Below are positions 30,206-39,694 of a DNA stretch of 64,000 bases, piece by piece. The stretch lies in NCBI GenBank assembly GCA_965226495.1, contig OZ245365.1:4576001-4640000 (forward strand), in the 5' to 3' direction. Under the pieces are notes generated by a model. The model was not told the DNA's origin and did not search any database. It worked only from the letters and a program-made list of their open reading frames with translations. A program made the translations under genes and the position numbers. Positions within the stretch are counted from its first letter, which is position 1. Every line of letters starts with the position of its first letter. The DNA is from Candidatus Marinacidobacterales bacterium (lineage in GTDB: Bacteria > Acidobacteriota > Vicinamibacteria > Marinacidobacterales > DATDRI01).

Positions 30206-30238
30206 ATGAAAATAGTCCTGCACCGGCTGAAAAGTCAA
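30206..30238 (-). promoter_or_regulatory. Repeated promoter element, copy 9
   Basis: TTGACT-18 bp-TATTTT; partial arm A at 30272-30325. Confidence 0.7.
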
Positions 30239-30356
30239 AGGATCTGCGGCAACCCGAGAGGGTCCATGAGCGACACTGTGCGGGAATTGTGCGGGACCGG
30301 TGACAACTCAAAGCTACTGAGAGCACGAAATGAATAGACGCTGCTAGAATCTAGCT

Positions 30357-32549
30357 ATGAAACGCTCATGCATCATCCTCTTATTTACAGTCGTCTTTCC
30401 TCGCGTGTCCCCGGCTCTCGCCGAAGAGGGCATGTGGCGGCTCGACCAGCTACCCACCGATCGGATCGCTTCCGAGTCCGGTGTACAAATCACCGCGGCC
30501 GACCTGACGCGCCTTCGGCACGCACCGGTGCGGATCCTGTCCGGCACGAGCGGCGGCACGGGAAGCTTCGCGTCACCGAACGGACTCATCCTGACCAACC
30601 ATCACGTCGCCCTCGACTGCATCCGCACTTCGACGTTGGCCGAGGACTCGGACAACTTCATCGAAAAAGGCTTTACCGCGCCTTCGATGGCGGAAGAGCT
30701 TCCTTGCCGTCGTTTTCTCGTTCAGATCGAGCGGGAGAGTCGGGACGTTACTGACGAGATGGACGCCGTGGTGACGCCGGAGATGGACGCGGTTGGGATC
30801 CAGTCCGCGCGGGAGCGCAAGCGCTCGGAGATCGAGCGGAGCTGCCAGCAGGAGAAAGGCGACAACTACACCTGCGACGTCGTCGACTTCAACAGCGGTG
30901 CCCGGAGCTTCCTCATCGTCTACGAACAGCTCAAGGACGTGCGGCTCGTGTACGCACCGGAGGTCCAGCTCGGCTACTTCGGTGGCGACGAGATGAACTT
31001 TCGTTTCCCCCGCTATGTCTCCGACATCTCGATTCTGCGCGCCTACGTCGCCGAGGACGGCGCCCACCGTGAGCACCATGAGGAGAACGTCCCCTTCCGA
31101 CCCGAGCACTATTTCCGCGTGAACTTCGATGGCATCGACGAAGACGACTTCACCTTTGTAGCGGGATTCCCCGGCGGCACGAACCGCTACCGCATGAGCC
31201 ACTCGGCCGACTACAACGTTAGGAAGGGCATCCCCAAAATCATCAACGACACCGAGACCGAGCTCGAGCTGCTTCGGGGCTATGCGGTGCGCGAGGCCGA
31301 GTACGACCTGCTTCTAAAGAACGACATCTTCGGCCTCGCCAACAGCCTGAAGTACAGACGCGACGTGCTCGAGGCGTTGAAAACGAACGATGTGGTCTCC
31401 CGGTTCCGCGAACGGGAACGGGAGTTCGAACGCTTTCTCGAAGGAAAGCCGGAGCTCGAGGCACGTTTCGGAGACGTCCTCGATGCCCAGGCGCGCGTTT
31501 ATGCGGAGGATGTCGAGGCGAACGCCGCTCTGGACACCGCGATCCAGTGGCTGCAGCGCTCGTCGGTGCTGGGCTACGCCTCCCGCCTTTATGAGTTCGC
31601 GCTTGCTCGCGCCGAGGCGTCCGACGTCGAGCGGGAGCCGCAATTCCAGGAACGCAACTGGCCACGGGTGCGGCAGATGCTCTCGAACGAGGAGCCGATT
31701 ATCTTGGATCTCGAAAAGGACTATCTCTCGAGAGGCTTCGAGCTGGCGCTCGCTCTCGAGCCGGAACAGCGCATCGGCGCCGTCCAGGCACTTCGACACC
31801 GCTTCGGCGACGACCCTCGGAAGCTAGCCGAGGCGGTCCTCGAAGGGACGAAGATTCCCGAAGTCGAAACCAGGGAGCGTCTCCTCGAGGGGACCGTAGA
31901 CGAGCTGACCGAATCGGACGACCCCGCTATGACCTTCGCCCGAGCGATGGAGCCGACGCTCCGGGACCGGAGGCAGCGCGTCCGCGTCCTCAACGAGAAG
32001 CTCTTCATGAACCGGGCTCTCTTCGCCCGCGGAATGGTCGCGTGGAAAGGCGACGACCTTTACTATGACGCGAACTTCACTCTGAGAGGAACCAACGGGC
32101 GGGCAAAGTCCTACACGAATAGGCAGGGAGAAAGGGTTCCGCTCTCGACGCGCTTCGAGGGCCTCTTCCGCCTCGCCGAAGAACGGGGCAACGAGGGCGA
32201 GTTCGCTTTGCCGAAGGCGCTCGAAGCCTGGAAGGATTCTTTGGGCAACGAAGTGTTCCGCAAACGCTATGCCGACCTTCCCGTCAACTTCGTCACCACC
32301 AACGACACCACGGGAGGCAATTCCGGAAGCGCGATCCTCGACTCGCGGCTTCGCATCGTCGGGCTGCTCTTCGACGGGAACGAGGACTCTATGGCGAGCG
32401 ATTGGAGCTACAGCGAGACCACCGGCCGCGCCATCGCTACCGACATCCGTTTCGCACTCACCATCGCTCGCGAGGTGCACGGCGCCGGCTGGATCGTCGA
32501 CGAGCTCACCAAGGTTCCCAGCCCCACTTACGTCGGCTCACTCCCTTAA
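30357..32549 (+). CDS. S46 family dipeptidyl peptidase
   Basis: EEGMW, LTNHHV, TTGGNSGS, GLLFDGN. Confidence 0.92.
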   Translation: MKRSCIILLFTVVFPRVSPALAEEGMWRLDQLPTDRIASESGVQITAADLTRLRHAPVRILSGTSGGTGSFASPNGLILTNHHVALDCIRTSTLAEDSDNFIEKGFTAPSMAEELPCRRFLVQIERESRDVTDEMDAVVTPEMDAVGIQSARERKRSEIERSCQQEKGDNYTCDVVDFNSGARSFLIVYEQLKDVRLVYAPEVQLGYFGGDEMNFRFPRYVSDISILRAYVAEDGAHREHHEENVPFRPEHYFRVNFDGIDEDDFTFVAGFPGGTNRYRMSHSADYNVRKGIPKIINDTETELELLRGYAVREAEYDLLLKNDIFGLANSLKYRRDVLEALKTNDVVSRFREREREFERFLEGKPELEARFGDVLDAQARVYAEDVEANAALDTAIQWLQRSSVLGYASRLYEFALARAEASDVEREPQFQERNWPRVRQMLSNEEPIILDLEKDYLSRGFELALALEPEQRIGAVQALRHRFGDDPRKLAEAVLEGTKIPEVETRERLLEGTVDELTESDDPAMTFARAMEPTLRDRRQRVRVLNEKLFMNRALFARGMVAWKGDDLYYDANFTLRGTNGRAKSYTNRQGERVPLSTRFEGLFRLAEERGNEGEFALPKALEAWKDSLGNEVFRKRYADLPVNFVTTNDTTGGNSGSAILDSRLRIVGLLFDGNEDSMASDWSYSETTGRAIATDIRFALTIAREVHGAGWIVDELTKVPSPTYVGSLP

Positions 32550-32588
32550 GCAGCTCTTCTATCGTGCAGTCCGCCGAGACGGAGTGAC

Positions 32589-33023
32589 TTAGGCCAAGGT
32601 GTGCTCGTCCGCGTAATCCCAAGCGCGCAGGGTTCCGGGCTCGAGCCGGATCATTTCAAGCTCGACGCCCTTGAACGCTTCGGCGTATTCGTTGCCGCGC
32701 GCTTCGCCGAGGTAACGTATGGCCAGGCGCCGAACCGTGTCGAGGGCGTCCGGTGGCTGCGAGAGTTTCGCCTCACCACGTATCTCGATGCCCCGATAAG
32801 GAGGCATGCTGTCGGCCACGAGCACCGAGGCCTTGGGATCGCGTTCTAGGTGCCGTGTCTTGACATCATTTGCGAATGTGATCACGGTGAACCCGCCGTC
32901 CCCGAACTCTTGCCAGACCGGCGAGAGCAACGTTTGGCCGTTCTTCATGTGTGTAGCGAGCACGGCGACCGTCGCGCCGTCCAGCAGATCGCCGAGATCT
33001 TCAGGTTTGAGGTTCTTCCGCAT
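32589..33023 (-). CDS. Pyridoxamine 5'-phosphate oxidase-like (PPOX class) protein
   Basis: VAVLAT..G..SPVW, K.RHLERDPK, EIRGEA. Confidence 0.8.
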   Translation of the reverse strand: MRKNLKPEDLGDLLDGATVAVLATHMKNGQTLLSPVWQEFGDGGFTVITFANDVKTRHLERDPKASVLVADSMPPYRGIEIRGEAKLSQPPDALDTVRRLAIRYLGEARGNEYAEAFKGVELEMIRLEPGTLRAWDYADEHTLA

Positions 33024-33077
33024 GTCATTCCTCCTTAGAAAGCGTCGGTGTCGAGTTGCGTTCGGACAGCGAGGAGA

Positions 33078-33113
33078 GCTATGGCAGGGCAGACGAATCC
33101 TGCCCCGCCAACA
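33078..33113 (+). repeat. Degenerate tRNA-Met 3' tail fragment 6
   Basis: GCTATGGCAGGGCAGACG-AATCCTGCCCCGCCAACA resembles the hairpin-interrupted variant. Confidence 0.45.
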
Positions 33114-33125
33114 CGTCAGACGACT

Positions 33126-33340
33126 TCACTGCAACGGCGAGAAGCTCGTCGGAGCGAGGATTCTAGTGTTCAAGACCCGCATGGATTCAAACTTTCCGGT
33201 CTGAAGCCCGACGATGACCGGGTCGCTCATGGCTTTCTGCATGTGCGCTAGGTCTCGGTACGCAGTAAGCAAGATCGCTTCGTTCGAGTTTCCGCCGATT
33301 CCGTTTGTAAACGACCCGATGAGCTCGACACCGTATTTTC
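33126..33340 (-). pseudogene. NIPSNAP-family C-terminal fragment
   Basis: KYGVELIGSF...ILAPTSFSPLQ*; no in-frame start. Confidence 0.5.
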
Positions 33341-33413
33341 ATGAGGCTCCCTCCCCTTTTAGAATTCGATGAAGCGCGGTGACTTTGCGTGCGGTGACTT
33401 CCGGAGCGCGACG

Positions 33414-34130
33414 TTACAATGCGCCGAGCCGAGTGTCAATGTCGTGGGCAGGCCAGGAGGTGTATCGGCCGGCCCAGCCCACCAGCATGTCGCCAAAAGC
33501 GTAAAAAACTCCGCAAAGAAGAGGAGGATTGGCCGTCGTCAGGGATGTCCAGGGCACCTCATGCGCCCACGTCCAATTGCCGAGGTGGGTTCCCCAGAGC
33601 TCCATCGCGAGGGCCAGCCACACCATCGTGACGTACAACCTCGGGTCCGGACCCCATTGGACGAAAGCCAGGAAAATCAGGAAGAGCGCTATGCCGGACG
33701 TGTCCGTACCGGTCCACGCGAGACCGACGACCAGCGGTACCATGACAAGGGTCGCGGGCCAAGTCCATCGGGCGGAAAGCCGCAGGGAAATGCGGCGGCC
33801 GAGATAGAGCAGGAACCAGTGGCCGGGCGGCACGAAGAGCGGCATCAATCCCTCGCGGTACTCGTAGAGGCGCCAGGTCTCGCTGGCGAAGAGCTCGAGC
33901 GGGGTGGCGATAGCGAGCACGGCCAGCATCTCGACTCGCTCTCGGCGATCAGTCCGATAGAAGATGTAGGCGAATAGCGCCCAAACTACGGCGTCGACGA
34001 TGTACTCGCCGGGAACGATCCACCCGCGCCCGACCTGATCGATCCACAATCCAACGCAGATAGTGGCGGCCAAGACCCACTGTCGTTGCGTCTGGAGGAA
34101 TCTCAGATTGGTACCGGAGGTGAGTGACAT
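33414..34130 (-). CDS. Membrane protein beginning with kinase-type start MSLTSGTNL
   Basis: Multi-TM ORF with PLFVPPGH; ATG and leader match the kinase leader. Confidence 0.7.
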   Translation of the reverse strand: MSLTSGTNLRFLQTQRQWVLAATICVGLWIDQVGRGWIVPGEYIVDAVVWALFAYIFYRTDRRERVEMLAVLAIATPLELFASETWRLYEYREGLMPLFVPPGHWFLLYLGRRISLRLSARWTWPATLVMVPLVVGLAWTGTDTSGIALFLIFLAFVQWGPDPRLYVTMVWLALAMELWGTHLGNWTWAHEVPWTSLTTANPPLLCGVFYAFGDMLVGWAGRYTSWPAHDIDTRLGAL

Positions 34131-34141
34131 GGTCAGCCCTT

Positions 34142-34171
34142 TGAATACCCTCACTGCGGTCAAAAAGTCAA
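34142..34171 (-). promoter_or_regulatory. Repeated promoter element, copy 10 (diverged)
   Basis: TTGACT-18 bp-TATTCA followed by AAGGGCTGACC-ATG. Confidence 0.6.
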
Positions 34172-34252
34172 AACAGGATACACTCGAAGACAAAGGAACA
34201 GGTGGCGGTCGCCCTCGAGCTCGGAGACACTTATTGCGATGAGGAAATCGCG

Positions 34253-35971
34253 ATGAACGAGCTAAGCGGAGCGACCGTCGAGGTGATCCGGTCCTACCTC
34301 GACTCGGCTGCCAAGGAGATGCGGCGAACGCTCATCGCCACCGCCTTCAGCCCCTCAATTTATGATGTACTGGATTTCGGAATCTCGATTTACAACCGTG
34401 GTCTAGACCTCATCGCCGAGGCGCCGGGGTTGGCGTTCTTTATAGGGGCCAACGATTACGCCATTCGGAAAGGTGTCGAGTATCTAGGAGAAGAGAATCT
34501 CGATCCGGGCGACATCGTTGTTTTGAACTACCCGTATTGGAACTCGGTACATGCCTACGACGTGACGCTCTTCGCACCGGTCTTCGGCGAGGATGACGCA
34601 CACCCCTTCGCCTACACCTGCATTCGTGCCCATTGGATGGATCTGGGTGCGAAGGATCCCGGTTACGTCCTCGACTCCACCGATATGCACCAGGAAGGAA
34701 TGATCTTTCCGGGCACCAAGGTGTACAAACGGGGCAAGCCCAACGAGGAAATCTTCGACCTGATCCGCTTCAACTCCCGGATGCCGGAAACGGTGTTAGG
34801 AGATCTCGATGCTCAGGTGGCGGCGTCGCGAACCGGGGAGCGACGGCTGCTACAGATTCTCGAAAAGTTTGGGCGTGAGACCTTGGATGAAGGGATCGCG
34901 CAAATCCTGGACCACGGTGAACGGGTCACGCGGAAAGCGCTTCGGGATCTCCGGCATGGTTCGTGGACCGCCGAAGACTTCCTCGACGGCGATGGCATCA
35001 CCGACGATGTGGTTCCAATGAAGGTCGCCGTAACGCTCGACGAAGAGCGGATCACATTCGATTTCACGGGATCGGCCGAGGCCACTCGGGGTCCGGTCAA
35101 CGTCCCTTTCGGACTCACCGAGACGTTGTGCAAGTTCGCTTTGAAATCGCTGACCTCACCGAAGGCGCCCGGCAACGCGGGACACTTCCGGCCATTGAAA
35201 GTGATTGCCCCTCCGGGAGGCCTGTTTCACGCCGTCTATCCCTCGCCGACGTTCACGCTCTGGCCGGCCTTCATTGCGTTGGAGCTAATTTATAAGGCGC
35301 TAGCGCAAGGAATGGCGGATCACCTGGCCGCGTCGTCGGGCGGCGACGTGCCTTCTTTCGCCATGGTGGGGATCCACCCCGAAACGAAGCGTTTGTACGT
35401 CGTTAGTAACAATGATGGTGTCGGATGGGGCGCGACGTCCTCCCACGACGGCGCCAATGCCGCGAGCCATCTGTCGGGAAGTCTGATGCGCAATACGCCG
35501 ATAGAAGTATTGGAGACCAAGACCGCCATGTTCATGGAGCACCACCAGCTCCGGACGGATAGCGGTGGAGCGGGCAAATATCGAGGCGGCCTTGGCATGC
35601 GGCGGGATATCCGGTACGTCCTGGACGGGGAGTTGATATCGGTGAGGAAAAAGACCAAATCGCCCCCCTGGTCCCTTGCGGGCGGAAGGGAGTCTAAGCC
35701 TCATGCCATGTTCTTTCATCCCGATACGGAGCGGGAGATACGATTCGGGACCTACCGGGCGAGAGTCCAGGCCGGTGACAAAGCGCGGAGTCTCACCGCA
35801 GGCGGCGGTGGCCACGGACCACCTTCAGAACGCGATCCGACCCTCGTACTCGAAGACGTGCTGGATGGCTATGTGTCGCGGGAGGCCGCTCGCGATGTCT
35901 ATAAAGTGGCGGTCATTGGCAACCGTATCGATGTCGCTGAAACTTCCAGACTCCGATCCGGAAACTCGTGA
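34253..35971 (+). CDS. Hydantoinase B / 5-oxoprolinase subunit
   Basis: TAFSPSI, HWMDLGA, QEG, NTPIEVLE, SGGAGKYRGG. Confidence 0.9.
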   Translation: MNELSGATVEVIRSYLDSAAKEMRRTLIATAFSPSIYDVLDFGISIYNRGLDLIAEAPGLAFFIGANDYAIRKGVEYLGEENLDPGDIVVLNYPYWNSVHAYDVTLFAPVFGEDDAHPFAYTCIRAHWMDLGAKDPGYVLDSTDMHQEGMIFPGTKVYKRGKPNEEIFDLIRFNSRMPETVLGDLDAQVAASRTGERRLLQILEKFGRETLDEGIAQILDHGERVTRKALRDLRHGSWTAEDFLDGDGITDDVVPMKVAVTLDEERITFDFTGSAEATRGPVNVPFGLTETLCKFALKSLTSPKAPGNAGHFRPLKVIAPPGGLFHAVYPSPTFTLWPAFIALELIYKALAQGMADHLAASSGGDVPSFAMVGIHPETKRLYVVSNNDGVGWGATSSHDGANAASHLSGSLMRNTPIEVLETKTAMFMEHHQLRTDSGGAGKYRGGLGMRRDIRYVLDGELISVRKKTKSPPWSLAGGRESKPHAMFFHPDTEREIRFGTYRARVQAGDKARSLTAGGGGHGPPSERDPTLVLEDVLDGYVSREAARDVYKVAVIGNRIDVAETSRLRSGNS

Positions 35972-36351
35972 AACTCGCCCCTCGGATGTCCGTTATCGGG
36001 GCAGTCCCCACGCCACCTTTAGGAGGAACCGTTGGAAACCAGCTCGGAAACGGTGAGGTCCGACCCAACCCGGGAGTTTACGAAAAGTGGTCGGCGAGTC
36101 TTCCGACGGGGATGCTCGAACGGATGGCCGACAAGGTCAGGCGGCTTCGGGGGGTCCGCTTGTCAGTCGGTCGCGATGACGAGTTCAGCAACATTCTCTT
36201 GGGTAGCCGCGTTTTTTCGAAAGCGCTCTCGGCGAAAGGGATTCCTCACGATTTCAAGGAATACGACGGCGACCACTGGAGGATTGACGAACGGTTGATG
36301 ACCGACGTGTTACCTTTCTTCTCCGAGAAGCTGACTCTCAGCCGCGACTAG
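35968..36351 (+). pseudogene. Esterase C-terminal fragment
   Basis: VGRDDEF...GIPHDFKEYDGDH...VLPFFS. Confidence 0.55.
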
Positions 36352-36353
36352 CA

Positions 36354-36848
36354 TCACTTCTTCGGGGACAACATGGCCTCGATCTTCTCCTCCGAATAGC
36401 TCAGGAGTCGTCCCATCCCCCTAGCAATGTCGAGACGCGCGTCCCCCTCATACGCCTGGTCGGCTATCAATTTTTCCTTTTTTGCCTTCAGCGCCATGTA
36501 TTCTTCTTTGACCGGGTCCTCGTAGATGAGAAGCACGTGCTTTCCTTCGGTAACGGACGCGGGAAAAAGGTCGGTCACCAAGAAATCGGTCTCGCGGTAG
36601 AGTTTGACACGGTTGCGGTCGGCGATTTTCTTCGCCTCATCCATCAAAGCATCCATCTCTTGAGGCGTCATCGGAGAACTCAACGCCAACTTCTTGACTC
36701 CCGCGCCGACCACCTCGGAAAAAGCTCCAATGCCACCCAATCGGTAGGATCGCTTATCGACTCCATCCGCTTCGCCTTGATGCGGGGCCGCCGTGAGGCT
36801 CGTGAAACCCAACACCAGGAACGGCAATACTAAGGTTTGAATTTTCAT
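36354..36848 (-). CDS. Secreted hypothetical protein
   Basis: GGAGGG RBS, signal peptide, 164 aa. Confidence 0.75.
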   Translation of the reverse strand: MKIQTLVLPFLVLGFTSLTAAPHQGEADGVDKRSYRLGGIGAFSEVVGAGVKKLALSSPMTPQEMDALMDEAKKIADRNRVKLYRETDFLVTDLFPASVTEGKHVLLIYEDPVKEEYMALKAKKEKLIADQAYEGDARLDIARGMGRLLSYSEEKIEAMLSPKK

Positions 36849-36984
36849 ACCGCCCTCCGCGTTCGTGGGATCGACTCGGAAAAGCCGATTTCGGGGTCCG
36901 ATGGTAACACGTACGGCGTTCGGCTGGCGCCGGGACTTCGAACAACGTTGGAGAGGGGAGGACTAGGTAATGATGAGGCGTCGG

Positions 36985-37452
36985 CTACCAGACGACCTGG
37001 TTGGGCCTCATTCCCCCGCAGCCGCTTTTCGCGAAGGACCTGCCACACCCGCCCGTATAGCAGGTGTTCCCCCTGAAGCCGTCGGGGTTCACGAAGCTCG
37101 TCCATTTAACAACCGCGGCGCGCACCGCCGGGGCGTCGAAGCCACGCTCAGCAATAAGGTGGTGGGATAAGCCCCAAACTGTCCGAGAAAGGTTGCAGAC
37201 GCAGCAGCAGGTGTACGCCGAGTTGTTCGTGCAGCACGCAGCAGGAAGACTGGAGAGTGCTTCCCTCTTTACGGCTTCTTGCTCGGGGGTGAGCTTGATG
37301 GTCTGGAAGTAGCCCATAAACTCCTTGGTGTGTTTGCGGACGTCGGTGAACTCGACTTCGGCGCCCTCCTCGTTCCCGGCCTGAGAACTGCCGACGGCGA
37401 CTAGCACCAAGAGTGAGCTCGCGAGTAAAAACCGTAGCAACCCAATCCTCAT
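36985..37452 (-). CDS. Secreted cysteine-rich hypothetical protein
   Basis: Signal peptide; ACC...TCCCVC...C..GGC...GCGG. Confidence 0.7.
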   Translation of the reverse strand: MRIGLLRFLLASSLLVLVAVGSSQAGNEEGAEVEFTDVRKHTKEFMGYFQTIKLTPEQEAVKREALSSLPAACCTNNSAYTCCCVCNLSRTVWGLSHHLIAERGFDAPAVRAAVVKWTSFVNPDGFRGNTCYTGGCGRSFAKSGCGGMRPNQVVW

Positions 37453-37619
37453 GGAATTTTTTCCTTTCCTTCAGGGAAGTCATAAATATTGTCGCACGAA
37501 ACAGCGCCGCGGCCCAACTCCTCTTTAATACAGCCCCCGGCTTCCCACCAGATGTTTTTTGGACTAAGATCCTCAACTCGGAATCGCGGACTCAAATACT
37601 ATTACCAGGGAGAAAAACG

Positions 37620-38777
37620 TTGAAGCTCATGATCAGAAATATTTCCTCGTTCGCTTTAATTACTTTGTTATTCGTCAGTTGCGGAGATGACACTCCCACC
37701 GGCCCCACACCCAACACCTCGTCCGCACCCACGCGTGGCAACGGCGCGTTGTCCGGCCCGATCGGAGACCTTGCGCTGCAACCGCTGACCACCATCGCAG
37801 AGATCATCGAGGACTTTGATAATCTCCGCAAGACGGAAGTCACCATACAGGGACGGGTGACCGAGCAGCTTGCGAACGGCGATTACCTGATTACCGACGG
37901 CACCGGGTCGATCCCAGGGGACTTCAGCGACACACCCCCACCACCCCTGAACACCCAGCTACGTTTCATCGGTGAGGTGATCAATGGAGGTGCCTCGTTT
38001 CCTGCCAAACTCGATGTCTCCTATTGGGATGACCTGAAGAACTTCAACTGCGACATCCTCACCGATGCTCGGCTTCGTTTCACCGATCCCGGCTTCTCGC
38101 TTGGCAACATCGTCGGTGCCTATCTGAAGTATTCAGGCGTGCCGGCGGGAGAAAAGTTCTTGGAGATTATTTGGGACGAGGGGAACCCGAGCGGAGAGGT
38201 CGATAGGGCACCTCTCGGCCAGGGGCAACCGCAGGGTGACGGGACGTTTCTCCTGGAAGGCGTCGCGACTCATGAGTACAAGAACGTCACAAAGACGGAG
38301 ACCAAGAAGGTGCGCGCGACTCTTACCATCGAAGGCGTCAATGGACAGTGCGCTCGCGTGCGGGACGTCACGGTGAGCCCCGGCGACGGGCCAGATTCGG
38401 CAGCGGGTGGCTCTCTGAGAGTCACCGTCGACAACCCGGTGGGCTCCGGAAGCGAGTTCGACGTCCGGGCGACGGTGAAGAACCTCGTGACGGCGCCCAT
38501 CAGCGTCGAGCTGCTCTTCCGAACGCCAAACGGCGCGACGTATAACGCTCAGAAGCTGGCTCCCAGCTGCGAGGGCCGCAGTGGAGACGTCATCGAGTGC
38601 ACGATTGGCGACATTCCACCGGGAGACGGACTCTCGCAAGTCGTGACCTACGAGGCACCTTCGGTATCGAAGGACCAAGAGATCAAGGGCTCGGTAAGTC
38701 TTCTCGTCGGCGAGTTCGCACCCATCGTCAACTACTTCACCATAGTCGAAGTGCCCAAAGTCTCGCCGGCCAACTGA
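37620..38777 (+). CDS. Lipoprotein with OB-fold and Ig-like/DUF11-like domains
   Basis: FVSC lipobox, VTIQGRV...YLITDGTG, beta-rich C-terminus. Confidence 0.65.
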   Translation: MKLMIRNISSFALITLLFVSCGDDTPTGPTPNTSSAPTRGNGALSGPIGDLALQPLTTIAEIIEDFDNLRKTEVTIQGRVTEQLANGDYLITDGTGSIPGDFSDTPPPPLNTQLRFIGEVINGGASFPAKLDVSYWDDLKNFNCDILTDARLRFTDPGFSLGNIVGAYLKYSGVPAGEKFLEIIWDEGNPSGEVDRAPLGQGQPQGDGTFLLEGVATHEYKNVTKTETKKVRATLTIEGVNGQCARVRDVTVSPGDGPDSAAGGSLRVTVDNPVGSGSEFDVRATVKNLVTAPISVELLFRTPNGATYNAQKLAPSCEGRSGDVIECTIGDIPPGDGLSQVVTYEAPSVSKDQEIKGSVSLLVGEFAPIVNYFTIVEVPKVSPAN

Positions 38778-38967
38778 TTCAAAGATTTGAAGCGGCCATC
38801 ATCGTGAGGGGTGACGTTGTCGCCCCTCGGTGGCACCATCACGTCCCCGTTGGTGGACCTCTCCCCCCGGCCGGATCCTTCAAACCTGAGCTACAGTTGG
38901 CGTTTGGCGGAAGTCTCAAGTTGGCATCGGTGATGCATTGGGGTATCGACCAAAGGGGGTTTTAGCC

Positions 38968-39645
38968 ATGAGATGGATCCTTTCGATCTGTCTGGTTCTC
39001 ACATTCAGCGTCCCAGCCTCGGCGCAACTGTCTTTCAGCAAGGTCGAGGCGCGCACCGGTTACGGCCTGGCCAAGGAGGGTGACAAGGGCAACCTGGTGC
39101 TGGACAACGACACCATCCGCCTCGTCAAGAAGAACGGGATGGAGTACTTCTCTCTTCCCACCGATGCGGTGACCGATATGTTCTATTCGCGCGTCTCGGG
39201 ACGGCGGATCAAGACCGCAATCTTCGTGTCGCCGCTGCTGCTTCTCACCAAGGGTCGGAAACACTACGTGACGATCACGTTCGATGATCCTCGGGCGAGC
39301 GGGGCGGTGGAGCTCAAGCTCGACAAGAAGAACTATATGGGCATCCTCAGAAGTCTGGAACAAGTATCGAGCATGTCCATGCAATACGACCAGGAGGGGA
39401 TCAAAGACACGAAACAAGACGTCGCCGCCCGGAAGAGGGCGGTACTCGACATCTCTTCCAATCCAGAAGGGGCCGACATCGAAATCAACGGCGGCTTCAA
39501 AGGAAACACGCCAGACTTAACGAGCGTTCAAGCGGGCGAGTACACGGTTCGCGTGGTCAAGGTCGGCTACGAACCTTGGGAACGCCAGATCGTCCTCGAC
39601 CCGGGTGAGAAAGTTAATATCCAGGCCGATCTGACGAAGCAATAA
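38968..39645 (+). CDS. PEGA domain protein
   Basis: ISSNPEGADIEINGGFKGNTP. Confidence 0.82.
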   Translation: MRWILSICLVLTFSVPASAQLSFSKVEARTGYGLAKEGDKGNLVLDNDTIRLVKKNGMEYFSLPTDAVTDMFYSRVSGRRIKTAIFVSPLLLLTKGRKHYVTITFDDPRASGAVELKLDKKNYMGILRSLEQVSSMSMQYDQEGIKDTKQDVAARKRAVLDISSNPEGADIEINGGFKGNTPDLTSVQAGEYTVRVVKVGYEPWERQIVLDPGEKVNIQADLTKQ

Positions 39646-39694
39646 GCGTGGGGTAAAAGTGCCGGCCGCGGCGAGAGTGCACGGTCGGCACAAC

